DNA from: Chiloscyllium plagiosum
Lineage: Eukaryota
Assembly (NCBI RefSeq): GCF_004010195.1
Contig: NC_057759.1
Span: 3,916,832 to 3,961,322 of the forward strand
Length of the DNA: 44,491 bases
Reading direction: 5' to 3'
A program made the position numbers and the translations under genes. The notes below the pieces were generated by a model. It ran no database searches and was not told where the DNA came from. It worked only from the letters and a program-made list of their open reading frames with translations. Position 1 is the first letter of the stretch. Each line of letters starts with the position of its first letter. Of this stretch, positions 1 to 12,054 are shown one piece after another.

Positions 1-2675
1 TGAATAAATGAGAAAGCTCTACTCATTGAATTAACACAAGCAGTTTGTTTCATTGAATGAATGTGTTAATCTCGACACTTAGATTGAATGAGAGAAGCGA
101 TAAGCATTGAATTAATATTTGCAGTCATTTCCATTGAATGAACGCGTTCAGTTTGTTTCACTGAATGAATGCGTTAAGTTCATTGCACTGAATGAATCAG
201 AGGCTCTCTTCTCATTCTATTAACATGTGCAGTAGCTTATTTACGGTAAGGTCGAGAAAAAGAAAAAAAAATGAGAGTGGCTCTACTCATTCAATGAACA
301 CGTACATTCTGTTTCATTAAAGGAATGTGCACACTTTGTTTCATGGAAAGAATGCGTTAATCTCGTGGCATTGAAAGAATCAGAAAAGCTCTACTCATTG
401 AATTAACACGAGCACTCTGTTTTATTAAATGAATGAATTAAGTTTGATGCATTGAATTTGTGAGAGAATCTCTACTCATTGAAGTAACACTGCATTCTAT
501 TTTATAGAATCAGGTCTTCATTGAATGAATGAATGCAATTGTATTCATAAAGAAAATGTGTTAATTTCGTTTCATTTATCGATGAAAAACTTTAGATACA
601 AAGAACCAATGATTGAAGTTTGATTCTTTCAATGCCACGAGATTAACGCATTCATTCAATGAAACAAACTGTGCACATTCCTTTAATGAAAAAAATGTAC
701 GTTAATTGAATGAGTAGAGACACTCACATTATTTTCATTTTCTCGAACTTAACGCAAATGAAGCCACTGCACATGCGAAAAGAATGAGTAGATAGCGTCA
801 CATTCATTCAGTGCAATTAGCTTAACTCATTCTATCAGTGAAACAAACTGCATTCCTTCCTTTATTCATTCAAAGAATCGAACATTATTCATTGATTCAA
901 TGAAAAGAACTTAACATCTCTATTTCATTCAATGTTTCAACCTTTACTCCTTCATTCGATGAAGCAAACTGTACGTTATATTTCAATGAGCAGAGATTCT
1001 TCCATTCACAGAATGCAAGGAGCATAGCACAGAATTAATGAACAAACTGCTCGCATTCATTCAATGTAACAGATTGCCCGTGTTTAATCAACGAGTAGAA
1101 ACTTCTCTCATTCATTCAAATTCATTCAACAAAACAAACTGCATGTGTTAATTCATTCAATGCCACGAAGTTTCTACATTGACTCAATGAAACAAACCGC
1201 ACACAATCATTCAATGACACAGACTGCACGTGTAAATTCACTGAGTAGAGCTTTCCTCAATTATTCATTGTCTTAAGCTTATCGAAATCATGCAATGAAA
1301 CAAACTGCATTCTTTCATTCCTTGAATCAAACTTCAATCATTGAAGTATCTGAGGTTTTTCCTCGATGAATGAAATGAACTTTACACATTTACTTTATGA
1401 ATCCAATTGCATTCATACATTCAATGAAGTCCTTGATTCTATAAGATAGACTGCAGTGTTACTTCAAGGAGTAGAGCTTCTCTCACAAATTCAATGTGTC
1501 AAGTTTTATTGATTCATTTAATGATGCAAAGTGCTTCAATTAATGAGCTTAACGCATTCATTCAATGAAACAAATTCCACACATTCATTCAATGAAATAT
1601 ATTGCACGTGTTCATTCAATGAGTAGAACATCTCTCTTTCATTCAATATATCAAACTTATCTCATTCATTCGATGAAGCAAACTGTACGTTTTATTTCAA
1701 TGAGCAGAGTTTCTTCCATTTATACAATGCAACGAGCATAACACATAGAATTAATGAAACAAACTGCACGCATTCATTCAATGAAAGAGGTTGCCCGTGT
1801 TTAATCAAACAGCAGAAACCTCCCTCATTCTTTCAAATTCATTCAGCAAAACAAACTGCATGTGTTAATTCATTCCATGCCACGAGGTTTATACATTGAT
1901 TCAATGAAACAAACCGCACGCAATCATTCAATGACACAGACTGCACGTGTAAATTCACTGAGTAGAGCTTTCCTCAATTATTCAATGTCTTCAGCTTATC
2001 GAAATCATGCAATGAAACAAACTGCATTCTTTCATTCCTTGAATCAAACTACAATCATTGGTTCAATGTATCTAAAGTTTTTCATCGATCAATGAAACGA
2101 ACTTAACACATTTACTTTATGAATCCAATTGCATTCATTCATTCAATGAAGACCTTGATTCAATAAAATAGACTGCAGTGTTACTGAGTAGAGCTTCTCT
2201 CATAAATTCAACGCATCAAACTTAATTCATTCATTCAATGAACAGAGTGCTCGTGTTAATTCAATGAGTAGAGCTTTTCTGATCTTTCAATGCCACGAGA
2301 TTAACGCATCCATTCAATGAAACAAACTGTGCACATTCCCTTAATGAAACAGAATGTACATGTTAATTGAATGAGTAGAGACACTCACATTTTTTTCATT
2401 ATCTCGAATTTAACGCAAACGAAGCTACTGCGCATGCTAAAAGAATGAGTAGAGAGCCTCTCATTCAGTGCAATGAGCTTAACGCATTCATTCAGTCAAA
2501 CAAACTGCGTTCGTTCAACTGAAATGACTGCAAATATTAATTCAATGCTTATAGCTTCTCTCATTTATTCAATGTGTCAATATTAACACATTCATTCAAT
2601 GAAACAGACTGCTTGTGTTGATTCAATGAGTGGAGTTTTCTCATTTATTCAATGTCTCGAGCTTAACGCTTTCAT
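1..2675. repeat. AT-rich satellite-like array built on a CATTCATTCAATGAAACAAACTG-type motif, with higher-order units and an internal inversion
   Basis: The motif recurs throughout. ~951-1545 repeats at ~1666-2260 (offset ~717). 1-626 is the reverse complement of ~2041-2651. Confidence 0.9.
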
Positions 2676-2797
2676 TAAATTTGCCCGTAGTGTTTGTGGC
2701 AGGGGTAATTGTAGGGAAATGGGTCTGGGTGGGTGCGCTTCGGATGGTCAGCTGTGGACTTGTCGGGCTGAAGGACTGTTTCCACACCAAGTAATTT
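2675..2797 (+). mobile_element. HE1-type SINE, 3' fragment
   Basis: GGGAAATGGGTCTGGGTGGGTGCGCTTCGG...GGGCTGAAGGACTGTTTCCACAC matches the 3' half of the SINE at 31991-32313. Confidence 0.8.
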
Positions 2798-2854
2798 AAA
2801 AAAAAAACTGCGGGGTGCGAGAGGTTTGGGGAAATGATACAGGAGAGCTCGAGC

Positions 2855-3235
2855 TCGAACGTTGTAGAATTCAATATTGAGTCCAGAAGGCTGTCGAGTT
2901 CCCAAGCACAAAATGAGGTGCTGTTCTTCCAGCTTGCCGTGAACTTTGCTGGAGCACTGCAGCAAGCCTGAGACAGAGATGTTGGCCAAGGTACAGGATG
3001 GTGTGTTGAAGTGGCAGGCAACTGAAAGCTCCAGGACATTTTTTCTAGACAGAATGTAGGTGTTCTGCGCAGTGGACACCCAATCTACACTCATTTAACC
3101 CCGCATCGAGAAGACCAAATGGCAGCTAGAAAAATGCACACAATCGCTTCTGAGGAGGGGTCACTAGACCTCAAATGTTAAGTCTGATTTCCCTCCACCA
3201 ATGCTGCCAAACCTGTGAATTTTCCAGCAATTTTT
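2855..3235 (-). mobile_element. Penelope-like element relic: GIY-YIG endonuclease C-terminus plus inverted pLTR piece
   Basis: Translation VACHFN...GLLQC...KLEEQHLILCLGTRQPSGLNIEF is typical of the PLE endonuclease end. A degenerate hammerhead-like CTGAGGA-GGGGTC..GACCT-CAAA lies at ~3150 (+). Confidence 0.8.
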
Positions 3236-3244
3236 GTTATTAAT

Positions 3245-3765
3245 TTCTACTTGTCAGTTTCTGTGCTGTAAACAGGAGTGTCATTATCAAACTGTACATG
3301 TCAATGTATGCGATTTGAAACAGGGGAGTGTTCCAATAAGTTTTGATGATGAGAATGTCGTTATCAGTCTTCCTCTGAGATGTCCTGCCACGTGCACATG
3401 TGTATGATTGACCAATCTGTCCCTGTTATATTCTGCTCTGTGTATCTCAGGATGGAGTTGCGAATCTCTATCTGTCAGCATCTTATTTATAAATGTGCAA
3501 ATGTATTAACCAGACTGTAGCTGCCAGTGTTTGCTATGTGTTAGTTTAGTTGTGTGTGGGTGCGCGCGTGCGCACACTTGTATATTTACGTATCATTCTT
3601 TCCCTTTCAGTTTCTGCAGAGTGAATATGTGAGAGCAGCTATCAATCGACACCTGTCAGTTTTTGTTATGTCCACATGAGTGTTTTGGAATTGATCTATA
3701 CTTGTCAGTTCCTGCTGTGTGACTGTGCAAGTACTCAATCAGTGCCAACTATTTTCAACTCTTTT
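3245..3765 (+). repeat. Degenerate ~49-bp minisatellite (copy 1)
   Basis: Recurring (T)ATCAATCTGTACCTGTCAGTTTCTGCTGTGTGAATATG-like units; same family as 34270-34400 and 38920-39770. Confidence 0.65.
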
Positions 3766-3789
3766 ATGTATGAAAGTTGCTTAATTCTC

Positions 3790-4010
3790 TGGCAGCGAAT
3801 AATATTCTAAGAGTCCAATCATCGCCAGGAATTTATGGTTAATTTTTCAGGAAAACCCATCTGGTTCACTAATGTCCTGTAAGGAAACTGTAATCCTTGT
3901 GTCTCCAGACCCACAGCAATGTGGTTGACTCATAACTACCCCCTGAGCAGTTAGGGATGGGTAATAAATACTGGCCTAGCCAGTGATGCCCTCATCCCAT
4001 GAATGAATTT
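3790..4010 (+). mobile_element. Second SINE family (family not assigned), 3' part
   Basis: AAAACCCATCTGGTTCACTAATGTCC...CAGACCCACAGCAATGTGGTTGACTC...TTAGGGATGGGTAATAAAT...CATCCCATGAATGAAT is shared with 11230-11560 and 22345-22560. Confidence 0.75.
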
Positions 4011-6182
4011 AGGAATTTAGGAAACAAAGAATCCTCTGTGACTGAGATTCATTCTGTGATAGTAGTTTTTAAGGGTATTGTGATTGGGCCTTAAACTCTT
4101 CTGCATTTAGTGATTTATGACAGAGTCACAGAAATGATACAGCCATTCAGCCCATTGTGTCTGCACTGGGACATGCTATTGTTCATCTGTTCTCCATACT
4201 AATTTCCACTAATTGTTGGGTGTATCACAAGGTAAATGCTAATGTGAGATTTGTTCTGCAGTATTCTGCCATTGGATAACTGTAGTGCCAGTTTGGTTTT
4301 GTATGCAACAGCATCAGGTGGAGTGTGTGAATCTCATTTTCTTTATACGTTGAGTTGTATTTGTTTGGTCCGAGTGTTAGATAAACTCGATCAATATTCA
4401 CTAACACTTTGTGTGTGAGGGATTAATGTTGATTCAATGTTTATCTTTGCCATGAATTTGAATGTTATTGTTTTCAGACTTTTTTAAAAAACATTTTGTG
4501 TATGCAGGAGTCTTTATCAGTTCCTGCTGGATTCTGTAAAATGTAACATCTATTACTAACTCAAGCGATTAATGGTTTGGTGTGTCAATTTATAACTGCC
4601 CATATTTGGAAATACCTGGATCTAAATTTCATTCTTTTATCCCTTTCACCATTAACTGGCTGAGTTTTCTGTTGTGCTGCCAATCTGTATCACTTTAAAG
4701 GAGCGATACTGGCCTATACCACACTGACAGTTTCTGTCTGTCTATCTCCTTATGTTTCCAGTTCTGCATGATCTGATGCACTGAGGAAGGTTTAATTCCT
4801 TATAAATCAGTGTTTCATCCATTAAAATGTATGGAAATGTTTCTGCAATACTCAGGCCCTCAACCAGAATGCGAGTGTGGATAAAGTCAGCACCAGGCCA
4901 ACAGTAAGAACAGAATTCAATCGATCAGTCTCTGATACTTGATACCAATATGGTCCTTATTCTTGGTTATTGTATCTCACAGTCGTTCAGTGTCATCTAA
5001 ATTGAAACATGTCACTTTTAGTAACTGCAAGCATAATTAATTGTTTAAACTTCTGCTACTTCACATGAATGAGGTTTTATTCATTGGCACTGGAGTCAGC
5101 TCCCGTCAGTGAAAGTGGATGTGTTTCTATGTCTGCTAATATTTGGCCTCGTACATGTAGTTGGATAATGTCCACAGCCTATATTCTTTAGTTTTAGATC
5201 CTCTCGGATCCACGGACAGGTGAACATGCAACACATTACAGCAGAAAATCATCTGTGCTTTTCTTCAGAATCAAGGGGAGAAAAGCAATAGACTTTTGTA
5301 ATTCTTATATTGCAGAATCTAACCAGGAACAGTGGGGATATCAAGGTCTGGTTTTCAGGATGCTATCATTTTTTGCACAGTGCTATACTTTACCAATGAA
5401 TTAATGATCAGTATTAACCGATTCAATTTGTAACTAAGTGAACACTTCAACTGCATTGCAACTGACTGAAGACAATGCTCCTTGTGCAGAAAAGAGAATT
5501 GGCTAATTCTATTTTATTTACCAAGCTGGTCAGGATCTGGTGCAAACCATTAGCAGTATTCTTGCGTTGCTCTCTGGTATGGCGGGGGAAAACAAAAGGT
5601 CTTTTATTTTCCACTATCGGTGAAGAATATTTAAACAGTCAAATTCAATTTAATGAACAATCAATCCTTGTTGGTTAAAATAAAGGAGCTGCTTGACAAA
5701 CGTATCAATTTTTCTTTCTTTCTGCACTGCTTTAAATAGTAATGATCTGATTCCATTGACTCCTTGACAAAACTATATCCTGATTCCTTTTGCAATAATC
5801 TTCCCAAACGTGTTTTTTAAAGAGAAGTCTTCTTAACTAAGAAGAATGGCACAGGAAATGGCAAACAAAGCGAAGAGAAAACAGGAGAGGCAAACGAAGG
5901 GATAAATAGTAGGTAGAAAGTTACAAAGCAAAATGTGCAGTTGGAATGATACATGAATTAGAAACCAATCGGGCCATCATGCACTTCATATCAATTTATA
6001 TTTCTGCCTCTACTTCGATAGGATTGGACAGTCAACAGTTCCCATTGAGCTACAGACAGGACACGTGCTGCTTCTCTGCTGTTTTTCCTCTTATATTGCT
6101 TTGACGTTCTATCTACTTTGCAATTTCTAGGACACTGGCAAAAATAATGACATATTTATTTCCATTCCCTTTTGTTTTCCAG

Positions 6183-6212
6183 TGAATCTTGCTCTCTTTG
6201 TGATCAGCCAAG
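6183..6212 (+). CDS. Candidate 30-nt internal micro-exon of the ITIM-receptor gene, (x)NLALFVISQ(G)
   Basis: Strong acceptor TTCCCTTTTGTTTTCCAG and donor AAG|GTAAGA. Read phase 1 to 1, it splices in frame to 8338. Confidence 0.5.
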
Positions 6213-6719
6213 GTAAGAGGGAACTGTATTTTTTGGATAAACATTTACAAGTCACAAGTCTTGCTATGAGTGACCTTTCATTGACCTTTTCCAAACATGC
6301 ATCAAATTCGACTTGATCCCAGTCTTCCTGATCAGGAGTTAGGGATATCCTCTGAAAGACACTGGAATCATTGTCAATCCTTCTCCCGTATGGGTGCCCC
6401 ACCAATTATAATGAAGACTAATAGCCATTTTTAACTTAGTCACATCCGACAGTGTCCACTCAGTAAATCTGTACCAGAGTTTAAATTCATCACAATACTT
6501 CAAATGAGCATGAGATTTAAAAGTTTGTGAAAATACGAAGTTATGATAATTTTGGAAGGGAGAATAGAATATTATTTAAACTACAGACAGCTGCACCAGA
6601 AATGGACTTGATCGGAACCGGAATTTGTGTGTGTGCCTGCATGAGAATGACAGTGGGGCATATATTTGGCATCCTTTCATCCTTATTTGAGTTTGACATA
6701 GCTATTTTTCACATAAAAC

Positions 6720-6895
6720 GTAGAACTGCGGATGCTGGAGATTGGAAACAAAGTTTGGAAAAGCGCAGCATGTCTGGCACTGTCTGTGGAGAGAGAAAGA
6801 GAAATTGAGATAACATTGAAGGTTATAAACACAGAAAGTGCTGGAACGATACAGCGGGTGTGGCAGCATCTGTGGAGAGAGAGAGAAAGCAATTT
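6720..6895 (-). mobile_element. PLE pLTR-like fragments (tandem partial copies)
   Basis: GAAAAGCGCAGCATGTCTGGCAC..TGTGGAGAGAGAAAGAGA appears twice; same motif at 13130-13230 and 20040-20275. Confidence 0.6.
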
Positions 6896-7009
6896 CTAAT
6901 TCATGATAAAGCGCTCAAGACGCATTTTCCAAAAGCTACTGCCTGCAGATTTGAAACGATAGATAAAATAGAAACATTGCATGTCAAATTGTTGCTCAGA
7001 AGAATAATT

Positions 7010-7321
7010 TTAGATTAGATTAGATTACAGTGTGGAAACAGGCCCTTCGGCCCAACAAGTCCACACCGACCCGCTGAAGCGCAAACCACCCATACCCCTA
7101 CATTTACCCCTTACCTAACACTACGGACAATTTAGCATGGCCAATTTACCTGACCTGCACGTCTTTGGACTGTGGGAGGAAACCGGAGCACCCGGAGGAA
7201 ACCCACGCAGACACGGGGAGAATGTGCAAACTCCACACAGTCAGTCGCCGGAGGGAGGAATTGAACCCGGTCTCTGGCGCTGTGAGGCAGCAGTGCTAAC
7301 CACTGTGCCACCGTGCCGCCC
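7010..7321 (-). mobile_element. Full-length HE1-type tRNA-derived SINE
   Basis: On -: GGCGGCACGGTGGCACAGTGGTTAGC (A box), GGTTCAATTCC (B box), (TAATC)n tail. Confidence 0.92.
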
Positions 7322-7963
7322 GATGCTTGTCAACAACCACAAGGGACATTGAACTGGCCTTGGCCTTATGCACAATCACATCTGTCTCTCAGAACACATT
7401 CTAGTCCTTGTCTCAGGGATGAACAGTCAAAGGTTACGTTCTACCGGACCATCTTCCTGCTCTCATTAGAATGCAAGAGAGAGAAAGAGAGGACTGGTAG
7501 GTGGTTTAATTTAAGGGTCATCATGCGTCTTAAGAGGGGAGAGTTTCAGAAGGAGAGTTCTTCAGGGTAATTTCAGCTGGTGTGGGAATTTTACCCTTGC
7601 TGTTAGCAAGGATTAGCATATAATGCATTGCAAAAAAAACATCTATCCAGCTAAATTAACTACGCTTAACTATAGCAGCAGACGGCAGTTAAAACCCAAA
7701 TGTATGCGTTATGCATAGGTCACTCCTGTCTTCCATGTACAACAACTGAGCAAGTGACGCAAAGGTTGATAAGCTTAAAACAGCCTGTTGACTGACCCAC
7801 AATCTATAAGCTGACACTCTGTCGTATTGATATGAAAACAAATTGTATGATTGAGACAGAGTGAGTTTTCTAAATGGGATATTATGAAATGTCTGGATTG
7901 ATTGAAGGGAGAATTCAGAAAGTGTTGCACTGATATTTTTTACAAAGTTGACTAAAACACAGA

Positions 7964-8222
7964 GGGGCGGCACGGTGGCTCAGTGGTTAGCACTGCTGCC
8001 TCATAGTACCAGAGTCCAGTTCATTCTCCCTGTGCCTGCGTGGGTTTCCTCCCACAGTCCAAAGATGTGCGGTTTGGTGAATTGGCCATGCTGAATTGTC
8101 CATAGTATTAGGTGAATGAGTTCGAGGGAAATGGGTCTGGGTGGGTTACTCTTCGGAGAGTCAGTGTGGGCTGGTTGGGCCGAAGGGCCTGTTTGCACAC
8201 TGTAGGGAATATAATCTAATCT
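7964..8222 (+). mobile_element. HE1-type SINE with internal deletion
   Basis: A-box head GGGGCGGCACGGTGGCTCAGTGGTTAGC, B-box region deleted, tail ATAATCTAATCT. Confidence 0.88.
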
Positions 8223-8337
8223 GTACTTTCAAAAGAATAAACTACATCTTTGATGTTGATCAGCCCTCAATGGGTCCAGATCAAATCGTTAATGCCTGCA
8301 AAACGTTTTTTCCCCTCTCATTCTGTTTTATTTTCAG

Positions 8338-8372
8338 GCAACAGTATTGGTTTATCCTCCGATGGGAAGAAG
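8338..8372 (+). CDS. 35-nt cytoplasmic exon of putative inhibitory receptor, (G)NSIGLSSDGKK
   Basis: Acceptor TTCTGTTTTATTTTCAG and donor AAG|GTATGT. Phase 1 to 0, the phase needed to join the terminal exon at 10340. Confidence 0.65.
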
Positions 8373-8499
8373 GTATGTTACATTGTAAATCTAAATAGAC
8401 CACAGCTATTGTCAAAAAAAGTGTAAATAGATGTATACCCTGCATCCCCAACGTAAAATGTCAACTGTTGATTCATTTCAGATTAATCAAAGGATACGT

Positions 8500-9310
8500 C
8501 ATAGGAAGAACGATCAGGCCCTTCCAGGCTACGCTCCCCATTCAATAGGATCATCCAACTCAGTCCCCTGTCCCCCCACGTTACCCCTTTAGCCCTTAAA
8601 AATTCTATCCAACTCCTTCTTGATAAACATTCAATGTTCCGGCCCCGACCACTTTCTGTGGTAGAGAATTCCTCAGGATCCCTGCTTACTGAGTGAAGAC
8701 ATTTCTCCTCCTCTCTCTCGTATCCTGTCTCCTTTAGACTGTGAGTCTCTGGTTCTGCACTTCCTCCGATTCATCAGGATCATCCTTCCTGTGTTTACCT
8801 TGTATAGGCCTCTCAGAACTTTGCAGATTACTATTAGATTACCCTTCATTCCTCTAAGTTCCAATGTGTCAAATGCTAACTGATCCCAAGCATCAGTCTA
8901 TGAAACCTTTGTTGCAATCCTTCCATAGCCAGAAAATCCTTTATCAGATCAGGAGATCACAAACTGTACACGCAATACTCCCGTGTGTGCTCTCACCCTG
9001 TCCAATTGCAGCAAGACATTCCTGCTCCTGGACTCAAATCCTCTCACTATGAAGGCAACATCCTATTTACCTTCCTCACTACCTGCTGTTCCTGCAAAGC
9101 TCACTTTCAGCAATTTATTGCATATGCAATCTTACCCAGTGCATTGCTATTCAGATAATAATCACATTTCTGTATTTGATCTCAACTGAATAACATCACG
9201 CCAATCCACATTAAATTGCATCTGTCTTACATTGGCCTACTCACTCAATATGTCTATGAAGCATCTCTGAATTCTCCTTCTCTGCTTCCCTTTCCTCCTA
9301 GCTTTGTGTC
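8500..9310 (-). mobile_element. CR1-type LINE 3' relic
   Basis: Degenerate RT C-terminal/3' UTR sequence, e.g. LRGMKGNLIVICKVLRGLYKV. Confidence 0.75.
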
Positions 9311-9494
9311 TAACTTTAAACACAGTAGAAAATAAACATCAATGCTTTCTCAATAGAGTAGATCAAACAGTGTTTCTCATTCTCTTACAACGCCCAGGAA
9401 CAAGTCGGTTTCAATATTGTTTTTCCCAGTTACTTCTTATACATTATTAAAGCATCACTGAATCTTGACGCTAAATCGTTGTCAGTCCATTGTC

Positions 9495-9865
9495 ATTTGC
9501 ATCCAATTGGTAGCTGCAGTGTGTACCATCTATAAGATGCACTGTAGAAAGTCACCAAAAATCCTTAAACAGCAACTTCCAACCCACAACCACTTCAAGG
9601 TCGAAAAACAAGGGCGGCAGATGGGATCACCACCCCTTGCAGGTTCCCTTCTGAGCCACTCAGCAACCTCTGGAAAAACATCAACCATTCCTTCAGTATC
9701 GCTGGGTCATAATGCTGGAACTCCCTCCCGAAGTGAATCTACAGCACGGGGGACTACAGTGGCTCAGGAAGATAGCTCACCGTCACATTCTCAGTAGAGG
9801 AACTAGAGGCAGGACAACAAATGCTGGGCTCTGCTAGAGATGCAGATGTCCCGTAAATGAATGGA
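9495..9865 (+). mobile_element. LINE 3' end whose tail is shared with the second SINE family
   Basis: GCAGTGTGTACCATCTATAAGATGCACTG...GGACAACAAATGCTGGGCTCTGCTAGAGATGCAGATGTCCCGTAAATGAAT resembles the tail at 3950-4010. Confidence 0.6.
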
Positions 9866-9879
9866 AAAAAGATTTTAAG

Positions 9880-10090
9880 CCCCTCTGCCTTCTCTGCTCC
9901 AAAGAAAACAACCCCAGCTTTTCCAGCTGCTCTTCATCACTGAAATGCTCCATCCCAGGCAACGTCTTTGCGAATCTCCTCTGAACCCCCTCCAGTGTAT
10001 CACATCCTTCTAATAGTGCAGAGATGATAACTGCACACAATGCTCCAGCTATGGTCTCCCCAAAGTCCTGTTCCACTCCAACGTCATCTT
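9880..10090 (-). mobile_element. CR1-type LINE RT C-terminal fragment
   Basis: LEGVQRRFAKTLPGMEHFSDEEQLEKLGLFSLEQRRQRG. Confidence 0.85.
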
Positions 10091-10339
10091 CCCGCTTCTA
10101 TAAATTATATGGCACACCATAGGAGCAGGTAGGACTTGAAACATATCCTCCTGGTTCAGATGCAGGGACATTACCATTGTGCAACTAGCTTCCTAACTCG
10201 CAGTCCCAGAACTGCCTGCTGGTGATTCTCATTTTCCCCTGATACTGAATTCCACCTGTACCCCGAGTGACCTCTCCGTCCCCTTCAGCTTCCTGCTCCC
10301 ACTCAGTACCCATTTCATTTCAATATCATTCAACTGCAG

Positions 10340-10459
10340 GATGCCAAGACTGACCCTGATGATTATTGTATCACATACGCCACACTGAACCTCAGTGGAC
10401 ACTCGCAAGAAGAAAACGGAGCAGATGGGAACATTTACGCGAATATTCCACGCAACTAA
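10340..10459 (+). CDS. Terminal coding exon of an ITIM-bearing (inhibitory-type) receptor: DAKTDPDDYCITYATLNLSGHSQEENGADGNIYANIPRN*
   Basis: Acceptor ...ATCATTCAACTGCAG (phase 0) and an open frame to TAA at 10457-10459. Canonical ITIM ITYATL plus a C-terminal NIYANI tyrosine motif. Confidence 0.8.
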   Translation, partial: DAKTDPDDYCITYATLNLSGHSQEENGADGNIYANIPRN

Positions 10460-11229
10460 GAAGCAAGAAGTCAGGCTGTGTGGGGGAGGGGTGTTCGTTC
10501 GATTCTATACACCTTCTGGTGAAGCGGTACAATGTAACTCCTGTGTACAGATAACAAACTTGTGAACTTGATGATGGAAACCTTGTTTCACAACACTTTT
10601 GACGCCACTCATTTTCTTTCAGAGAAGTTATTTTTACGCCAGTGTGACCATCAATCTGTTCTGGATCTCACTGGGTTTTGTATTTGACAAACTATTTTGG
10701 CTGTTGGGTATCTTTGGAAATTTAATATTTGCCTCTTCTTTGCTCTCATGTACATATCTGAGGATTAAGCTTTGAGTTTGTTCCACGTTTAAGGGGATGA
10801 ATGCACCACCTGTCCCCTTCTATGAATGAGCTATTTGGAATCTCTCCCATTCTGACCAACTCAGAACAGAAATTGTCAGACGGTCCTGACAGGTGGGAAA
10901 TAGTAAAACAGAAAACAGGCAGTTTTAATGGTTAGTTTTTAGGGTGAATGTCTCCTGGAGCATGGGTCATGAATTTGCAACTTCTGGCCCCACGGACAAA
11001 ATGTACCTGAGCCACAATCCACTGAAGATCCAGATGGAGGAAGCACAGCTGATGGAGAGTCTCCATGGTGAAGAGATCTCTCAACAATCCGAAACCCCTG
11101 CTGGATGCTTTGGCTTGGCCTTCTGAGATTCCGAACACCATTGTTGTAATATATGTTCTGTAAACGCCATGCTTATGGGGATGGGGTTATCACAAACCTT
11201 CAGAGCAGCAGACTTGAATTTTGAATACG

Positions 11230-11562
11230 GTGCGATGGCCTGGTGGTGTTATCCGTGGACTATTAATCCAGAGATCTCTTAGATATTCTAGGGACCCGGG
11301 TAAATCCCACCATGGCAGATGGTGGATTTTAATATCAACAAATTTCTGGACCAAAGAGGCTGATTGTGACCAATAACCAATTGTCAGTAAAACCCATCAC
11401 GTCCTTTAGGGAAGGAAACTGCCATTCCTTTTCTGGTCAGGCCTACATGTGACTCGAAATCCACAGCAATTCGATTGATTCTTAACCACCCTGTGGGCTT
11501 TTAGAGATTGGTAATAAATGCTGACCTATCCGGTGGTGCCCTCCTCTCATGAATAAAATAAA
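11230..11562 (+). mobile_element. Second SINE family, near full length
   Basis: tRNA-like head (TGGCCTGGTGG...GGGTAAATCCCACC), core GTCCTTTAGGGAAGGAAACTGCC, tail ATGAATAAAATAAA. Confidence 0.75.
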
Positions 11563-11796
11563 ATTTGAACTCTCAGTCTAGAGTTATTAACACTACCATA
11601 GCACCACATAAGGGCTCAGCTTGATGTAAATACAGGCTTTGTTGAAGATGTCAATATTTTAACACCGCCCTCGTACAGATCTGATAACGGCTGTCCATCA
11701 AGACAGGAACAATGCAGGTCTGATTACAAACCGGTAAATGCCATCAGAGATGATGACAGCATGAGGGCCGAAGATTCTCGTCAATAGGTACCACAT

Positions 11797-11887
11797 TCTG
11801 GATTAGTGGTGCTGGAAGAGCACAGCAGTTCAGGCAGCATACAAGGAGCAGTAAAATCGACGTTTCGGGCAACAGCCCTTCATCAGG
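11797..11887 (-). mobile_element. 91-bp PLE-derived insertion flanked by a ~14-bp TSD
   Basis: AATAGGTACCACAT (11783-11796) and AATAGGTGCCATAT (11888-11901). Confidence 0.8.
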
Positions 11888-11890
11888 AAT
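11855..11890 (-). ncRNA. Minimal type I hammerhead ribozyme motif
   Basis: AUUC-CUGAUGA-A-GGGC(UGUU)GCCC-GAAA-CG-UC-GAUU; intact catalytic core, one mismatch in helix I. Confidence 0.75.
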
Positions 11891-12054
11891 AGGTGCCATA
11901 TGTCTTTCAATGGAACAGAAGACTATGTCGATGAATTGTTAAGCATTAGAGCGAGCAACGACAGTGACTGAGTTATCGGTTTTGAAACACCGTGGTCCCT
12001 CATTCAGGGAAAGGATGTAGGGCATTGCTGGCAATGACAGCATGTGTGCTTATA

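Noticed and set aside
1..2675. CRISPR-like array or coding repeat (ORF 1862-2095)
   Set aside because: Eukaryotic satellite with degenerate units, no unique spacers and no cas genes.
7010..7321. tRNA genes at the A/B-box sequences
   Set aside because: The boxes are heads of multi-copy SINEs with LINE-like tails.
10623..10775. Hydrophobic frame with LLGIFGNLI resembling GPCR TM1
   Set aside because: Only ~50 codons, no further GPCR motifs, and it lies in the probable 3' UTR of the ITIM gene.
10968..11070. Minus-strand peptide RLSISCASSIWIFSGLW resembling VH framework 1
   Set aside because: No WVRQ/YYC, no RSS and an early stop; chance similarity.
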